DNA of 64,000 nucleotides from NCBI GenBank assembly GCA_963714645.1, contig CAVQQX010000085.1:4972-68971 (forward strand), written 5' to 3'. The notes below the pieces were generated by a model, which saw only the letters and a program-made list of their open reading frames with translations, made no database searches and had not been told where the DNA came from. The position numbers and the translations under genes are program-made. Below, piece after piece: positions 18,179-29,102 of the stretch (the first letter of the stretch is position 1; every line of letters begins with the position of its first letter). Source of the DNA: an uncultured Gammaproteobacteria bacterium. GTDB taxonomy: Bacteria > Pseudomonadota > Gammaproteobacteria > Steroidobacterales > Steroidobacteraceae.

Positions 18179-18816
18179 GCACCGTCGCGGCGCTCGCCTG
18201 GCCGGCGGCCGGTTCCGCGCAGTCGCGCGCAGGCGAGTCGGCCGTGCTCCCGTCGCAGCAGCCGCAGGTCGTGGAACCGGCGCTCCGGCGTCGCGACATC
18301 GAGCGGGCGGACATCGACACCGAGAATTTCGAGACCGGCCTCTTCGTCGGCACGATCAGCATCGAGGATTTCGGCTCGAGCGTCGCCTACGGCGGCCGGC
18401 TCGCCTATCACTTCACCGAAGACCTGTTCGCCGAGGCGACGTTCGCGACGTCCAAGGCCGGCAGGACCAGTTACGAGGACCTGAGCGGCGCCGCGCAGCT
18501 TCTCACCGACAGCGAGCGCCGGTACACCTATTACGACCTCGCGGTCGGCTGGAACGTGCTGCCCGGTGAGGTGTTCCTCGGCGGCCGGCGCGCGCTGCCG
18601 AGTTCGGTCTACGTCACGCTGGGCGCGGGCAGCACGCGCTTCGCGGGCGACGACCACTTCACCGTCGCAGCGGGCGCCGGCCTGCGCCTGCTCGTCACGG
18701 ACTGGCTGGCGCTGCACCTCGACGTGCGCGACCACATGTTCGACAGCGACCTGCTGGGCGAGCAGAAGCTCACCCAGAACCTGCAGGTCGGCCTCGGCCT
18801 GACGGCCTTCTTCTGA
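18148..18816 (+). CDS. outer-membrane beta-barrel domain protein
   Basis: ATG 18148 lies inside ORF 17764..18816. Signal peptide LLLSTVAALAWPAAGSA. Alternating strands and a C-terminal GLGLTAFF. Overlaps the previous gene by 31 nt. Confidence 0.7.
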   Translation: MDRGLHVLLLSTVAALAWPAAGSAQSRAGESAVLPSQQPQVVEPALRRRDIERADIDTENFETGLFVGTISIEDFGSSVAYGGRLAYHFTEDLFAEATFATSKAGRTSYEDLSGAAQLLTDSERRYTYYDLAVGWNVLPGEVFLGGRRALPSSVYVTLGAGSTRFAGDDHFTVAAGAGLRLLVTDWLALHLDVRDHMFDSDLLGEQKLTQNLQVGLGLTAFF

Positions 18817-18827
18817 GGAGCGACCCG

Positions 18828-19322
18828 ATGCCATCCCGCCCGGTCCTCGCCTTCCTGTTGCTCGTGTCCGGTGCCGCTGCAGCCGTCGCCAGCGCCGCGC
18901 CGGGCGGTGCTGCTCCCGACTTCACGCTCGCGGCGCGCGACGGCAGCAAGGTACGCCTCGCCGACCTCAGGGGGCAGGTCGTCATGATCAATTTCTGGGC
19001 CAGCTGGTGCGGCCCGTGTCGCCAGGAGATGCCGCTGCTCGGGCAGTTGCAGGCGAAGTACGAGCCGCTCGGCTTCACGCTGCTCGGCGTCAACGTCGAG
19101 CCCGACAGCGCAGCGGCCGTCGCCTGGCTCAAGGGCGTGCCGGTGGCATTCCCGATCCTGTTCGACACGGACTCGAGCGTCGCGACCCGCTTCGGCGTCG
19201 AGGGCATGCCGAGCACGGTGTTCGTCGATCGCAACGGCCAGGTGCGCTATGTGCACCGCGGCTACAAGCCCGGTGACGAGGCGAAGTACGCGGACATGAT
19301 CCGCAGCCTGGTGAAGGAATGA
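18828..19322 (+). CDS. TlpA-family thiol:disulfide oxidoreductase (exported)
   Basis: Signal peptide, then VVMINFWASWCGPCRQEMP. The thioredoxin fold runs to the end of the protein. Confidence 0.87.
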   Translation: MPSRPVLAFLLLVSGAAAAVASAAPGGAAPDFTLAARDGSKVRLADLRGQVVMINFWASWCGPCRQEMPLLGQLQAKYEPLGFTLLGVNVEPDSAAAVAWLKGVPVAFPILFDTDSSVATRFGVEGMPSTVFVDRNGQVRYVHRGYKPGDEAKYADMIRSLVKE

Positions 19323-19555
19323 ACGCCGCCCGCGCGACCCTCGCCTGCGTGCTCGCCGCGGCCGCGCTCGTGACGTCCGGCTGCAGCAGCGTCGAGCCCT
19401 GGGTGAAACCGTACGAACGGCAGAATTTTGCCGACATCATCATGGCCGCCGAGCGCGACCCGGTCGCGGCCGCATACCTGAACCACGTGTTCGAGGCGCG
19501 CGAGGGCGCGCGCGGCGCGACCGGCAGCCACGGCGGCGGCTGCGGCTGCAACTGA
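19319..19555 (+). CDS. DUF4266-like small lipoprotein
   Basis: 78 aa. Lipobox LVTSGC. The C-terminal GGGCGCN matches the conserved GCGC tail I associate with DUF4266. ATGA overlap with the TlpA stop. Confidence 0.78.
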   Translation: MNAARATLACVLAAAALVTSGCSSVEPWVKPYERQNFADIIMAAERDPVAAAYLNHVFEAREGARGATGSHGGGCGCN

Positions 19556-19567
19556 GGATCGACCGCA

Positions 19568-20713
19568 ATGTCGCACGGCAACCACCGCAGCGGCGCGCTG
19601 ACGACGCTCGCAGGCACTCTGGTCACGGGCGTTTCGCAGGGCGCGGTGCTGCCCGACGACCGTGCGGACGCGATGTACCACAGCTACGACGGCGGCGGCG
19701 TGCAGATCGACGGCCCGTCGCTGCTCGTGCGCAAGAAATTCGCCGAGAAGTATTCCGCCTCGGCCAACTTCTACATGGACATGGTCTCGAGCGCGTCGAT
19801 CGACGTGGTGTCGACCGCGAGCCCGTACCAGGAAGAGCGCACGCAGGGCACCGTCTCGTTCGACGTGCTGCAGGGCAAGACGCAGTACAGCCTCAGCTAC
19901 ACGCTGAGCGACGAAAGCGACTACACCGCGAACACGGCGAGCTTCGACGTGAGCCAGGACCTCTTCGGCGACCTGACGACGGTGTCCTTCGGGTTCAGCC
20001 AGGGCTGGGACGAAGTGGGCAAGCGCGGCGACGACGAATTCCAGGAAGACGTGGACCGGCGCAACTACCGCGTGAGCCTCTCGCAGATCCTGACCCCGGC
20101 GCTGATGGCCGGCGTCAACTACGAAGTGATCACGGACGAAGGGTTGCTCAACAACCCGTACCGCTCCGTGCGTTACGTCGACGAGTCGAGCCCGCGAGGT
20201 TACGCGTACCAGGCAGAGCTCTACCCGCGCACGCGGACCAGCAACGCCGTGGGCGTGACGGCGCGCTACTTCCTGCCCTGGCGCGCGTCGGTGCACGGCG
20301 AGTACCGCTTCTACTCGGACACCTGGGGCATCGGTGCGAACACCGTCGCGGCCGGCTACTCGCATCCGTGGGGCGAGCGCTGGATCTTCGAGGCCGGCGT
20401 GCGCTGGTACGACCAGTCCGCCGCCGACTTCTACTCCGACCTGTTCCCGCGCGCCGACGCCCAGAACTTCCTCGCGCGCGACAAGGAGTTGAGCACGTTT
20501 TCGAACCTGATGCTGAGCCTCGGCGCGACCTACGAACTGCCGCCGCTCGGCTGGGACCGGCTGAAGCGCACGACCGTCAACGTCTACTTCGACCGCATCC
20601 GCTACGAGTACGACGACTTCCGCGACGTCACCCACGGGGGTGCGCCGGGCGCCGAGCCGCTCTACGGCTTCGACGCGAACGTCTTCCGGGTCTTCTTCTC
20701 GGGCTGGTTCTAA
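19568..20713 (+). CDS. DUF3570-like protein (predicted beta-barrel)
   Basis: 381 aa with alternating aromatic/polar strands and terminal FFSGWF. It has the typical genomic partnership with DUF4266, thioredoxin-like and ApbE genes. No obvious N-terminal signal is seen in this frame. Confidence 0.75.
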   Translation: MSHGNHRSGALTTLAGTLVTGVSQGAVLPDDRADAMYHSYDGGGVQIDGPSLLVRKKFAEKYSASANFYMDMVSSASIDVVSTASPYQEERTQGTVSFDVLQGKTQYSLSYTLSDESDYTANTASFDVSQDLFGDLTTVSFGFSQGWDEVGKRGDDEFQEDVDRRNYRVSLSQILTPALMAGVNYEVITDEGLLNNPYRSVRYVDESSPRGYAYQAELYPRTRTSNAVGVTARYFLPWRASVHGEYRFYSDTWGIGANTVAAGYSHPWGERWIFEAGVRWYDQSAADFYSDLFPRADAQNFLARDKELSTFSNLMLSLGATYELPPLGWDRLKRTTVNVYFDRIRYEYDDFRDVTHGGAPGAEPLYGFDANVFRVFFSGWF

Positions 20714-20733
20714 GCGCGCCGCTGCCCCTGCCC

Positions 20734-21681
20734 TCACCGGGCGTGCGCGCTGCTCGCCCCTGGCGAGCGGATGCGTTCCAGCACGGCGCGAGCCAGGCGG
20801 TCCGCGCTGCCCGGCGCGTGCGCGAGGAACAGCGACGGTTCCGTGAGCTCGAGCTCGAGCACCACCGGCGCGCCGCGCATGTCGCGGATCATGTCGATCC
20901 GCGCGTAGAGCGGCGACGCGAACGGCAGTGCCGCGTACGCGGCCGCCGCGAGCGCCCGCTCGTCATCGCCAGGGTCGCGTGCACGGATGTCTTCGGGCGC
21001 GAACAGTCCCGCGACCAGCCCGTCGTCGAGACGCAGCAGCGGACCCTTGCGGATCGCGTGGCTCGGATGCCCACCGAGGTACATGATCGCCGTCTCGCCC
21101 TCGATGTCGACGCTCGGCAGGTAGGGTTGCAGCATCGCGCTGCGTCGCTCCCGCTGCACCAGCCGCTCGAGGTGATCGACGGCGCGTGGAGCGTCGGCGC
21201 GCCGATAGCGCGCCGCGTCGCGCGACCCCGCACCCACCGACGGCTTGACCACGAACTGGTCGAACGCGGACGACCTGCCCGCGACATGCAGTGCGGGAGT
21301 GCCCCGCAGGAACGCCGCAAGCGCCGTCGCGGCCGACTCGCCCGGCTCGACGAACACCGTGGGCACCACGTCGACGCCCGACTGGTGCAGCCGGAGGAGG
21401 TAATGCTTGTCGGTGTTCCAGGCGACGACTTCGAGCGGATTGCAGAGCTGCGTACGCTGCCCGCACATGGCCGCCCAGCCGAGGAACTCGTCGATGCGCT
21501 CCGCGTAGTCCCAGGTCGAGCGCAGCAGCGCGAGGTCGAACGCGGACCACTCGACGACGGGGTCGTCCCAGCACGGCGTGGCCACATCCGCGTCGAGCGC
21601 GCGCAGCGCCGCGATCAGCGGCAGCATGTCTTCGTCGAGCGGGAGCGCGGCCTGAGCGCTCACGAGGGCGATACGGGTCAC
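20734..21681 (-). CDS. ATP-grasp domain protein (RimK/glutathione-synthetase-like fold)
   Basis: GTG 21681 (VTRIALVSA...) lies inside ORF 20734..21825. It has ATP-grasp-like segments: NTDKHYLLRL, FVVKPSVGAGSRD, LQPYLPSV and ARIDMIRD. It lies 19 nt downstream of the PPK2 stop. Confidence 0.68.
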   Translation of the reverse strand: MTRIALVSAQAALPLDEDMLPLIAALRALDADVATPCWDDPVVEWSAFDLALLRSTWDYAERIDEFLGWAAMCGQRTQLCNPLEVVAWNTDKHYLLRLHQSGVDVVPTVFVEPGESAATALAAFLRGTPALHVAGRSSAFDQFVVKPSVGAGSRDAARYRRADAPRAVDHLERLVQRERRSAMLQPYLPSVDIEGETAIMYLGGHPSHAIRKGPLLRLDDGLVAGLFAPEDIRARDPGDDERALAAAAYAALPFASPLYARIDMIRDMRGAPVVLELELTEPSLFLAHAPGSADRLARAVLERIRSPGASSAHAR

Positions 21682-21700
21682 GCAAGGATTCCCGGTCGTC

Positions 21701-23215
21701 TCAGGGCGAACGCCTGGCGGCCGCGGCTCCGTCGAGCGCCAGCTCGACGGAATCGCACAGGCTGGCAAGCACCTGCAGCCGCGCCCTGCGCTTGTCGTCC
21801 GCCGGCACGACCGTCCAGGGCGCATGGCTCGAGTGCGTGCGCGCGATCATCTCGCGAGCCGCGGCCTGGTACGCATTCCAGTGCTTGCGATTCTCCCAGT
21901 CCTCGGGATCGACCTTGAAGCGCTTGAGCGGGCTGCGATCGCGTTCGCCGAAGCGTTCGAGCTGCTCCTCACGCCCCACCGACAGCCAGAACTTGGCGAC
22001 GATCACCCGGTGCTCGTGCAGCTGCCGCTCGAACTCCACGATTTCGTCGTAAGCGCGTCTCCAGTCCGGCGGGGGCGCGAACTTGCGCACGCGCTCGACC
22101 AGCACGCGCCCGTACCAGCTGCGGTCGAAGATCGTGAGATTCCCGCGGGGCGGCGCCTGACACCAGAACCGCCAGAGATACGGGCGCGCCAGTTGGTCGG
22201 GCGTCGGGGCCGATATCGGCACGACGCGGTACTGCCGTGCGTCGAGCGCGGCGGTGATGCGACGGATCGCGCCGCCCTTGCCCGCGGCGTCCATGCCCTC
22301 GAACGCCGCCACGACGGAGTACCGGGCGAACCGCCGTCGCCGCGTCAGCAGCGCCAGGCGGCCCTGCAACCGCTCGAGTTCGCGCTCGTACTCGTCGTCG
22401 TCCGGGCGCTCCCCGGGTGCGGCGCTCGGCAGTGCAACGATCCGGCGGGCGGCGGCACGGGCGGTACGCGTGCGTGTCGTGCCGGGCAACGGTTCCCTGA
22501 TCGCCTCGAGCAGGCGGCGACCGACCGCCAGCGCGCGGTGCTGCGCGTCCGTGCCGTCGACGAGCTGCCACGGCGCCGCGTGCTGCTCGGTCGCGTCGAT
22601 GCAGCGCTCCATGGCGCGCCCGACTTCGTCGTAATGGCGTGCCATCCAGCGATCCTCGCGCGTCACCCGCCAGCGTGTCGCCTTGTCCGCCTCGAGCTTG
22701 TCGAGCCGCTTGCGTTGCGTCTGCGACGCGACGTGCAGGTGCACCTTCGCCACCGCCACGCCGTCGGAGACGAGCATCCGCTCGAGCTGGCGGATGCGGT
22801 CGACGGCCCGGCGCAACTCCCGCGGCAACGCGCGCCGCGGGCCGTCGAGCCGGACCGCCTCGTGCAGCAGTTCCTGGTACCAGCCCGCGTGAAGGATCGC
22901 GACGCGCCCTTTCGGCGGCAGCAGCCGCCAGTAGCGCCAGAGCGGCGGTCGCTCGCGCTCGACCTCGCTCGGAAGACGGAAGCCGTGCGTCGAGACCAGC
23001 TTCGGATCGAGCCACTCGAGCAGCTCGTTGACGACCTCGCTGCGTCCGGCCGCGGGTATTCCGGTGACGACGAGCACGACCGCGCGATCGCGCCGCTGCT
23101 TGAGTTGGAACTGGGCTTCCAGCAGGGCGTCCTGCAGCGGCGGCAGCGCGTGCTCGTACTCGAGCCGCGTCATCCGGCGACCCTGCAGCACCTGGCCGAG
23201 TCGGCGCGCAGCCAT
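21701..23215 (-). CDS. ppk2: two-domain polyphosphate kinase 2 (polyphosphate:AMP phosphotransferase-type)
   Basis: Two tandem PPK2 modules. The N-module reads VVTGIPAAGRSEV. The C-module has Walker A FEGMDAAGKGGAI, plus YLWRFW and FDRSWYGRVLVERV. ATG 23215 (or 23173) lies inside ORF 21701..23476. Confidence 0.85.
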   Translation of the reverse strand: MAARRLGQVLQGRRMTRLEYEHALPPLQDALLEAQFQLKQRRDRAVVLVVTGIPAAGRSEVVNELLEWLDPKLVSTHGFRLPSEVERERPPLWRYWRLLPPKGRVAILHAGWYQELLHEAVRLDGPRRALPRELRRAVDRIRQLERMLVSDGVAVAKVHLHVASQTQRKRLDKLEADKATRWRVTREDRWMARHYDEVGRAMERCIDATEQHAAPWQLVDGTDAQHRALAVGRRLLEAIREPLPGTTRTRTARAAARRIVALPSAAPGERPDDDEYERELERLQGRLALLTRRRRFARYSVVAAFEGMDAAGKGGAIRRITAALDARQYRVVPISAPTPDQLARPYLWRFWCQAPPRGNLTIFDRSWYGRVLVERVRKFAPPPDWRRAYDEIVEFERQLHEHRVIVAKFWLSVGREEQLERFGERDRSPLKRFKVDPEDWENRKHWNAYQAAAREMIARTHSSHAPWTVVPADDKRRARLQVLASLCDSVELALDGAAAARRSP

Positions 23216-23219
23216 CTCG

Positions 23220-24329
23220 TCAGCCGCCCCGGTCGCGCGGCAGCGGCACCTGCTGCGTGACGCAGTGCACGTTGCCTCCGCCGAGCAGGATTTCGCGCCC
23301 GGGCACGCCGACGACCTCGCGCTTGGGGAAGAGCGCCTGGAGCTTGCGAAGCGCGTCGCCGTCGCGGCGCGAGTCGAGCAGCGGCACGACGACGCGCCGA
23401 TTTCCCAGGTAGAAGTTGACGTACGAACCCGCGAGGCGGGCGCCTGCCACCCGCGGCCGGGTGCCATCGGCGGCATCGACCCCCGCTGCTTCCTCTGCCG
23501 TCATGTAAAGCGGCCCGGGCTGGCGCAGCTTGTGGATCCCTAGACGACGCCCGCGTGCGTCGCGCGCATGCGCCAGGCGCTCGTACGCATCGCGCGAGAT
23601 CTCGTACTGCGGATCGTTGCGATCGTTGGTCCATGTGAGCACGACTTCACCCGGCCGCACGAACGCACACAGGTTGTCCACGTGTCCGCCGGTCTCGTCG
23701 AGGTGCACGCCGCGACCGAGCCAGATGACGACGTCGACGGCGAGGAAGCGCTTGAGCAGCGTCTCGACCTGTGCGCGGCCGAGCTGCGGATTGCGGTTCG
23801 GATTGAGCAGGCACTCTTCCGTGGTGATCACGGTGCCCTGTCCGTCGACGTGGATCGCACCGCCTTCGAGCACGAACGGCGCCCGGTACCGGTCGACACC
23901 CTCGATCTCGCAGACCTTCCGCGCGACCTCGTCGTCGCGGTTCCATGGAAAATAGAGGCCACCTTCCAGGCCGCCCCACGCGTTGAACCGCCAGTCGACG
24001 CCGCGCAGGCCGCCGCGATCGTTGACGACGAAGGTCGGCCCGACGTCGCGCATCCAGGCGTCGTCGCTCGAGAGCTCGACGACGCGGACGGCGGCGGGCA
24101 GCGCGCGCCGCGCATTGGCGTATTGCGCCGCGGACACGCCGACCGAAACTGGCTCGCTCGCCGCGATGGCCGAGGCCAGCGCCGCGCAAGCCGCCTGCGC
24201 CGGCTTGCCGCCGAGTCGCCAGTTGTCAGGCCGCTCCGGCCACAGCAGCCAGCAGCCGGCATGCGGCTCGAACTCGCCCGGCATGCGGTAGCCGTCGCGG
24301 CGCGGATGGCTGTCGAGCGTGCGCGTCAT
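23220..24329 (-). CDS. aguA: agmatine deiminase
   Basis: [22 protein letters not shown] near the N-terminus and the catalytic-Cys end [13 protein letters not shown]. Full length, 369 aa. Confidence 0.9.
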   Translation of the reverse strand: MTRTLDSHPRRDGYRMPGEFEPHAGCWLLWPERPDNWRLGGKPAQAACAALASAIAASEPVSVGVSAAQYANARRALPAAVRVVELSSDDAWMRDVGPTFVVNDRGGLRGVDWRFNAWGGLEGGLYFPWNRDDEVARKVCEIEGVDRYRAPFVLEGGAIHVDGQGTVITTEECLLNPNRNPQLGRAQVETLLKRFLAVDVVIWLGRGVHLDETGGHVDNLCAFVRPGEVVLTWTNDRNDPQYEISRDAYERLAHARDARGRRLGIHKLRQPGPLYMTAEEAAGVDAADGTRPRVAGARLAGSYVNFYLGNRRVVVPLLDSRRDGDALRKLQALFPKREVVGVPGREILLGGGNVHCVTQQVPLPRDRGG

Positions 24330-24424
24330 CCACGCATGGTAACAAACCGGTCAGCCGGGCCCCGGCTGAACCATGGATCCTTGCGCGCGGCGCTGCATGA
24401 AGGCTCGCTGAAGAATCGTCAGAC

Positions 24425-24597
24425 ATGCTCGCAGAGACCATGCCGCCCACCATCGGGGCCGCGATGCGCCGCATCACTCCGGATCCGGTGCCCGAGCCTT
24501 ACATGATCGGCAGCAGGCCGACGATGATCGTGACGACGGTCATGAGCTCGGGCCGCAGGCGCAGCAGCACGCCCTCTGCGAAAGGCTCCCGGCCAGC
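24425..24597 (-). pseudogene. remnant of the C-terminus of a CusA/CzcA-type heavy-metal RND efflux pump
   Basis: The minus-strand translation reads [57 protein letters not shown]. This closely parallels the E. coli CusA tail [46 protein letters not shown]. An in-frame TAA sits where Trp is expected. No upstream pump body is present, and similarity is lost after GGMVSASM. Confidence 0.7.
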
Positions 24598-24643
24598 TCA
24601 CGTTTTTGCGGCAAGTCCCTGCGACCGTGCCAGAATCTCCGCG

Positions 24644-25921
24644 ATGTTCCGATTGCACCTGCGTCCCGGGACGGGGCCCCTCGCCCTTGCGCTGTCTCTC
24701 CTGGCGGGCGGCTGCTCGCGCGAGGCCCCGTCCGGACCTGCCCTGGCGCAGGACGCCAACGCCGGCTGGCTCGGCGTGGTCGAAGCGCTCGATCCGCCGG
24801 CCGTCGCGGGTTCGCGTTATCCGCACCTGGCGTCGACCCCCGCGGGCAACGTCGTCGCGAGCTGGCTCGAGCCCGCGGGCGAGGACACGTACGCGCTGCG
24901 GTTCGCGCGACTGGACCAGGCCTGGCAGCCCGCCCGCACGGTCGCAACGGGCCGGGACTGGTTCGTGAACTGGGCGGACTTTCCATCCGTCGTGCCGTTC
25001 GACGGCGGCCCATGGGTGGCGCACTGGCTGCAGCAGCGACCCGGCAATGTGTATGCCTACGACGTCAAGCTCGCCGTCAGTGACGACACGGGCGCCACGT
25101 GGTCGATGCCGTTCACGGCGCACGACGACGGCACGCCGACCGAGCACGGGTTCGTCTCGATCGGCGAGCGCGCGGGGCGGCCTTACGTGGCATGGCTCGA
25201 CGGACGTCGCACGTCCGCGGATGGCCACGCTCACGAGGCCGGGGAGGACCCCACCGCCGGATCGATGACCCTGCGCGGCGGTCATGTCGATGCGCGCGGT
25301 GTGCACGACGGATCGGAACTCGACGCGCGCGTGTGCGACTGCTGCCGGACCGATGCGGCGCGCACTGGCGACGCGCTGCTCGTCGTGTATCGCGATCGCA
25401 GCGACGACGAAGTGCGCGACGTGCTGGCGCTGCGCCTCGGCGTCGACGGATCCGTCGCTGCGCCGGTGCCGGTGCACGCCGACGGCTGGCGCATTGCGGG
25501 CTGCCCGGTCAACGGACCCGCTGTCGCGGCGCGTGGCGACGAGGTGGCCGTCGCATGGTTCACGGCGCCCGACCGTCCGCGCGTGCGCCTCGCCTTCTCC
25601 GCTGACGGCGGGCGCAGCTTCGACGCGCCGATCGAGGTCTCGACCGGACGCACGGCGGGCCGCGTCGACGTCGTGCTGCTGCAGGACGGACGTGCGGTCG
25701 TGAGCTGGCTCGCCGAGTCGCCGTCGGGCGGCGCGCTGCTCGCGCAACCGTTCACGAGGCACGGCGCGGCCGCTGCCGCGACGATGATCGCGGACCAGTC
25801 AGTCGCGCGAAGTTCCGGTTTTCCACAGATGGTCCTCAGCGGTGCGGACGAACTCGTCTTCGCATGGACGGATCCCGGCAACGTACCGCGTGTCCGGGCC
25901 GCGCGCGCCCGTCTCCGCTAG
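24644..25921 (+). CDS. BNR/sialidase-fold lipoprotein
   Basis: ATG 24644 lies inside ORF 24425..25921. Lipobox LLAGGC. Asp-box-like motifs SDDTGATW and SADGGRSF. Confidence 0.75.
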   Translation: MFRLHLRPGTGPLALALSLLAGGCSREAPSGPALAQDANAGWLGVVEALDPPAVAGSRYPHLASTPAGNVVASWLEPAGEDTYALRFARLDQAWQPARTVATGRDWFVNWADFPSVVPFDGGPWVAHWLQQRPGNVYAYDVKLAVSDDTGATWSMPFTAHDDGTPTEHGFVSIGERAGRPYVAWLDGRRTSADGHAHEAGEDPTAGSMTLRGGHVDARGVHDGSELDARVCDCCRTDAARTGDALLVVYRDRSDDEVRDVLALRLGVDGSVAAPVPVHADGWRIAGCPVNGPAVAARGDEVAVAWFTAPDRPRVRLAFSADGGRSFDAPIEVSTGRTAGRVDVVLLQDGRAVVSWLAESPSGGALLAQPFTRHGAAAAATMIADQSVARSSGFPQMVLSGADELVFAWTDPGNVPRVRAARARLR

Positions 25922-26001
25922 CCACCGGTGCCGCGCCGGACGCGGCCACTGTGCTAGCATTCCGGCCCCCTTCCGACCCGCTGAAACCGGAGCCAGGCTC
26001 G

Positions 26002-27303
<1,302 letters not shown>

Positions 27304-27344
27304 CCGGGCCGGCTGCGCGCGCCCCCAGGGACGTCCCTTCCCCG

Positions 27345-29102
27345 ATGAACCTCCAGCTCGCGCAGGCGCAACCGCTGAGCCGGAACGAACTCGTCCGCGA
27401 GTGCGCGCAACTGCTCGCGGACGCGTTCGCCGACTACAACGCGGAGTTCCGCGCCGTCACGCAGCGCGCGCGCCAGCGCTTCGAGGACCGCGACTGGCGC
27501 GGCAGCCAGAAGGATGCCGTCGAGCGAATCGATCTCTACGAGAAATACGTCCAGGGCACCGTCGAGATCATGCGCCGGCGGCTCGGTGACGACGTGCTCG
27601 AGCGGGCAGTCTGGTCGAGCATCAAGCGTCGCTTCGACGAAATGATCGACCCGCTGCCGGACTGCGAATTCACCAAGACGTTCTTCAGCTCGATCACGCG
27701 CAAGACCTTCGGCACGGTCGGCGTCGACCCGGCCGTCGAGTTCGTCGCGCTCGACCTCGATCCGCTCGCCAACGTCCATTCGAACGTCGAGACGCGCGTG
27801 TACCCGATGCGCGGCGACGTGGAGCTGCTCGCCGAGGAACTGCTCGCCGATTTCCGCTTCCGCACGCCCTATCGCGACTTCGACCGCAGCGTGAAGATGG
27901 TCGCGGACGAGGTGAAGGCCCTGGTCGTCTCGGGCGTCGAGCGCCGGGCGATCGACTCGATCGAAGTGATCAAGGAAGTCTTCTACCAGATGACGCGCGC
28001 CTACCTGGTCGGGCGCATCAACGGGCGCGGCTGGACGCGGCCGTTCGTGGTCGCGCTCCGGAACGGAGACAGCGGCGTCGTGGTCGACGCGATCATGCTG
28101 GAGGAAGGGCCGGTCAGCGTGCTCTTCAGCTTCACGCGCACCTATTTCCACGTCGATCTGGCGCACGTGGGCGAGGCGGTCCAGTTCCTCGGAACGATCC
28201 TGCCGAAGAAGCGCGTGAGCGAGCTCTTCACGGTGCTCGGTCGCGCCAAGCAGGGCAAGACCGAGCGCTACCGCGAGCTGTTCAAGCACCTGCAGCACTC
28301 CGACGACCGGTTCGTGCTGGCGGAGGGCGAACGCGGCCTCGTGATGATCTGCTTCACGCTGCCGTCGTTCGACGTGGTGTTCAAGCTGATCCGCGACAGA
28401 TTCCCGGTGCAGAAGAACATCCTGCGCGAGGACGTGCTGTCGAAGTACGAGCTGGTCTTCAAGCACGACCGTGCGGGCCGCCTGGTCGATGCCCAGGAGT
28501 TCAAGCGCATCCGCTTCCCCCGCTCGCGGTTCTCGCGGGAACTGCTCGACGAGCTCGCGCGCGAGGCGGCATCCACCGTGCACGTCGAGGGCGAGGAGAT
28601 CACGATCGACCACCTGTACATCGAGCGGCGCATGACGCCGCTCAACCTGTACCTGCGCTCGGCGGACGGCGAGCAGGCCGAGCGCGCCGTGATCGAGTAC
28701 GGCCAGGCCGTGCGGGACCTCGCGGTCTCGAACATCTTTCCCGGCGACCTGCTGCTCAAGAACTTCGGCGTCACGCGGCACGGCCGCGTGATCTTCTACG
28801 ACTACGACGAGCTGTGCCTCGTCACGGATTGCCGCTTTCGCGACGTCCCGAAATCGCAGCACGAGGAAGACGACATGCGGGCCGACGCCTGGTTCTACGT
28901 CGGCGAGAACGACGTCTTTCCGGAGACATTCATCAACTTCCTGGGCTTCGACCAGCACCTGAAGCAGGTCTTCCTCGAGGCCCACGCCGAGATCCTGACG
29001 GCCGAGTGGTGGCGCGGCATCCAGTCGCGTCTGAAGGAAGGCGAACTGCTCGAGGTCCTGCCGTACCACCGGCACCGCGTGCGCGTCTTCAGCAGCCTCT
29101 AG
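27345..29102 (+). CDS. aceK: isocitrate dehydrogenase kinase/phosphatase
   Basis: ATG 27345 lies inside ORF 25842..29102. AceK-like throughout (FADYNAEFRAVTQRARQRFE..., NIFPGDLLLKNFGVTRHGRVIFYDYDE). Confidence 0.92.
   Translation: MNLQLAQAQPLSRNELVRECAQLLADAFADYNAEFRAVTQRARQRFEDRDWRGSQKDAVERIDLYEKYVQGTVEIMRRRLGDDVLERAVWSSIKRRFDEMIDPLPDCEFTKTFFSSITRKTFGTVGVDPAVEFVALDLDPLANVHSNVETRVYPMRGDVELLAEELLADFRFRTPYRDFDRSVKMVADEVKALVVSGVERRAIDSIEVIKEVFYQMTRAYLVGRINGRGWTRPFVVALRNGDSGVVVDAIMLEEGPVSVLFSFTRTYFHVDLAHVGEAVQFLGTILPKKRVSELFTVLGRAKQGKTERYRELFKHLQHSDDRFVLAEGERGLVMICFTLPSFDVVFKLIRDRFPVQKNILREDVLSKYELVFKHDRAGRLVDAQEFKRIRFPRSRFSRELLDELAREAASTVHVEGEEITIDHLYIERRMTPLNLYLRSADGEQAERAVIEYGQAVRDLAVSNIFPGDLLLKNFGVTRHGRVIFYDYDELCLVTDCRFRDVPKSQHEEDDMRADAWFYVGENDVFPETFINFLGFDQHLKQVFLEAHAEILTAEWWRGIQSRLKEGELLEVLPYHRHRVRVFSSL

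Noticed and set aside
24425-24643. Plus-strand N-terminal extension of the BNR lipoprotein ORF (MLAETMPPTIGAAMRRITPD...).
   Set aside because: It is the antisense reading of the CusA-like remnant. The lipoprotein has a proper start with a lipobox at ATG 24644.
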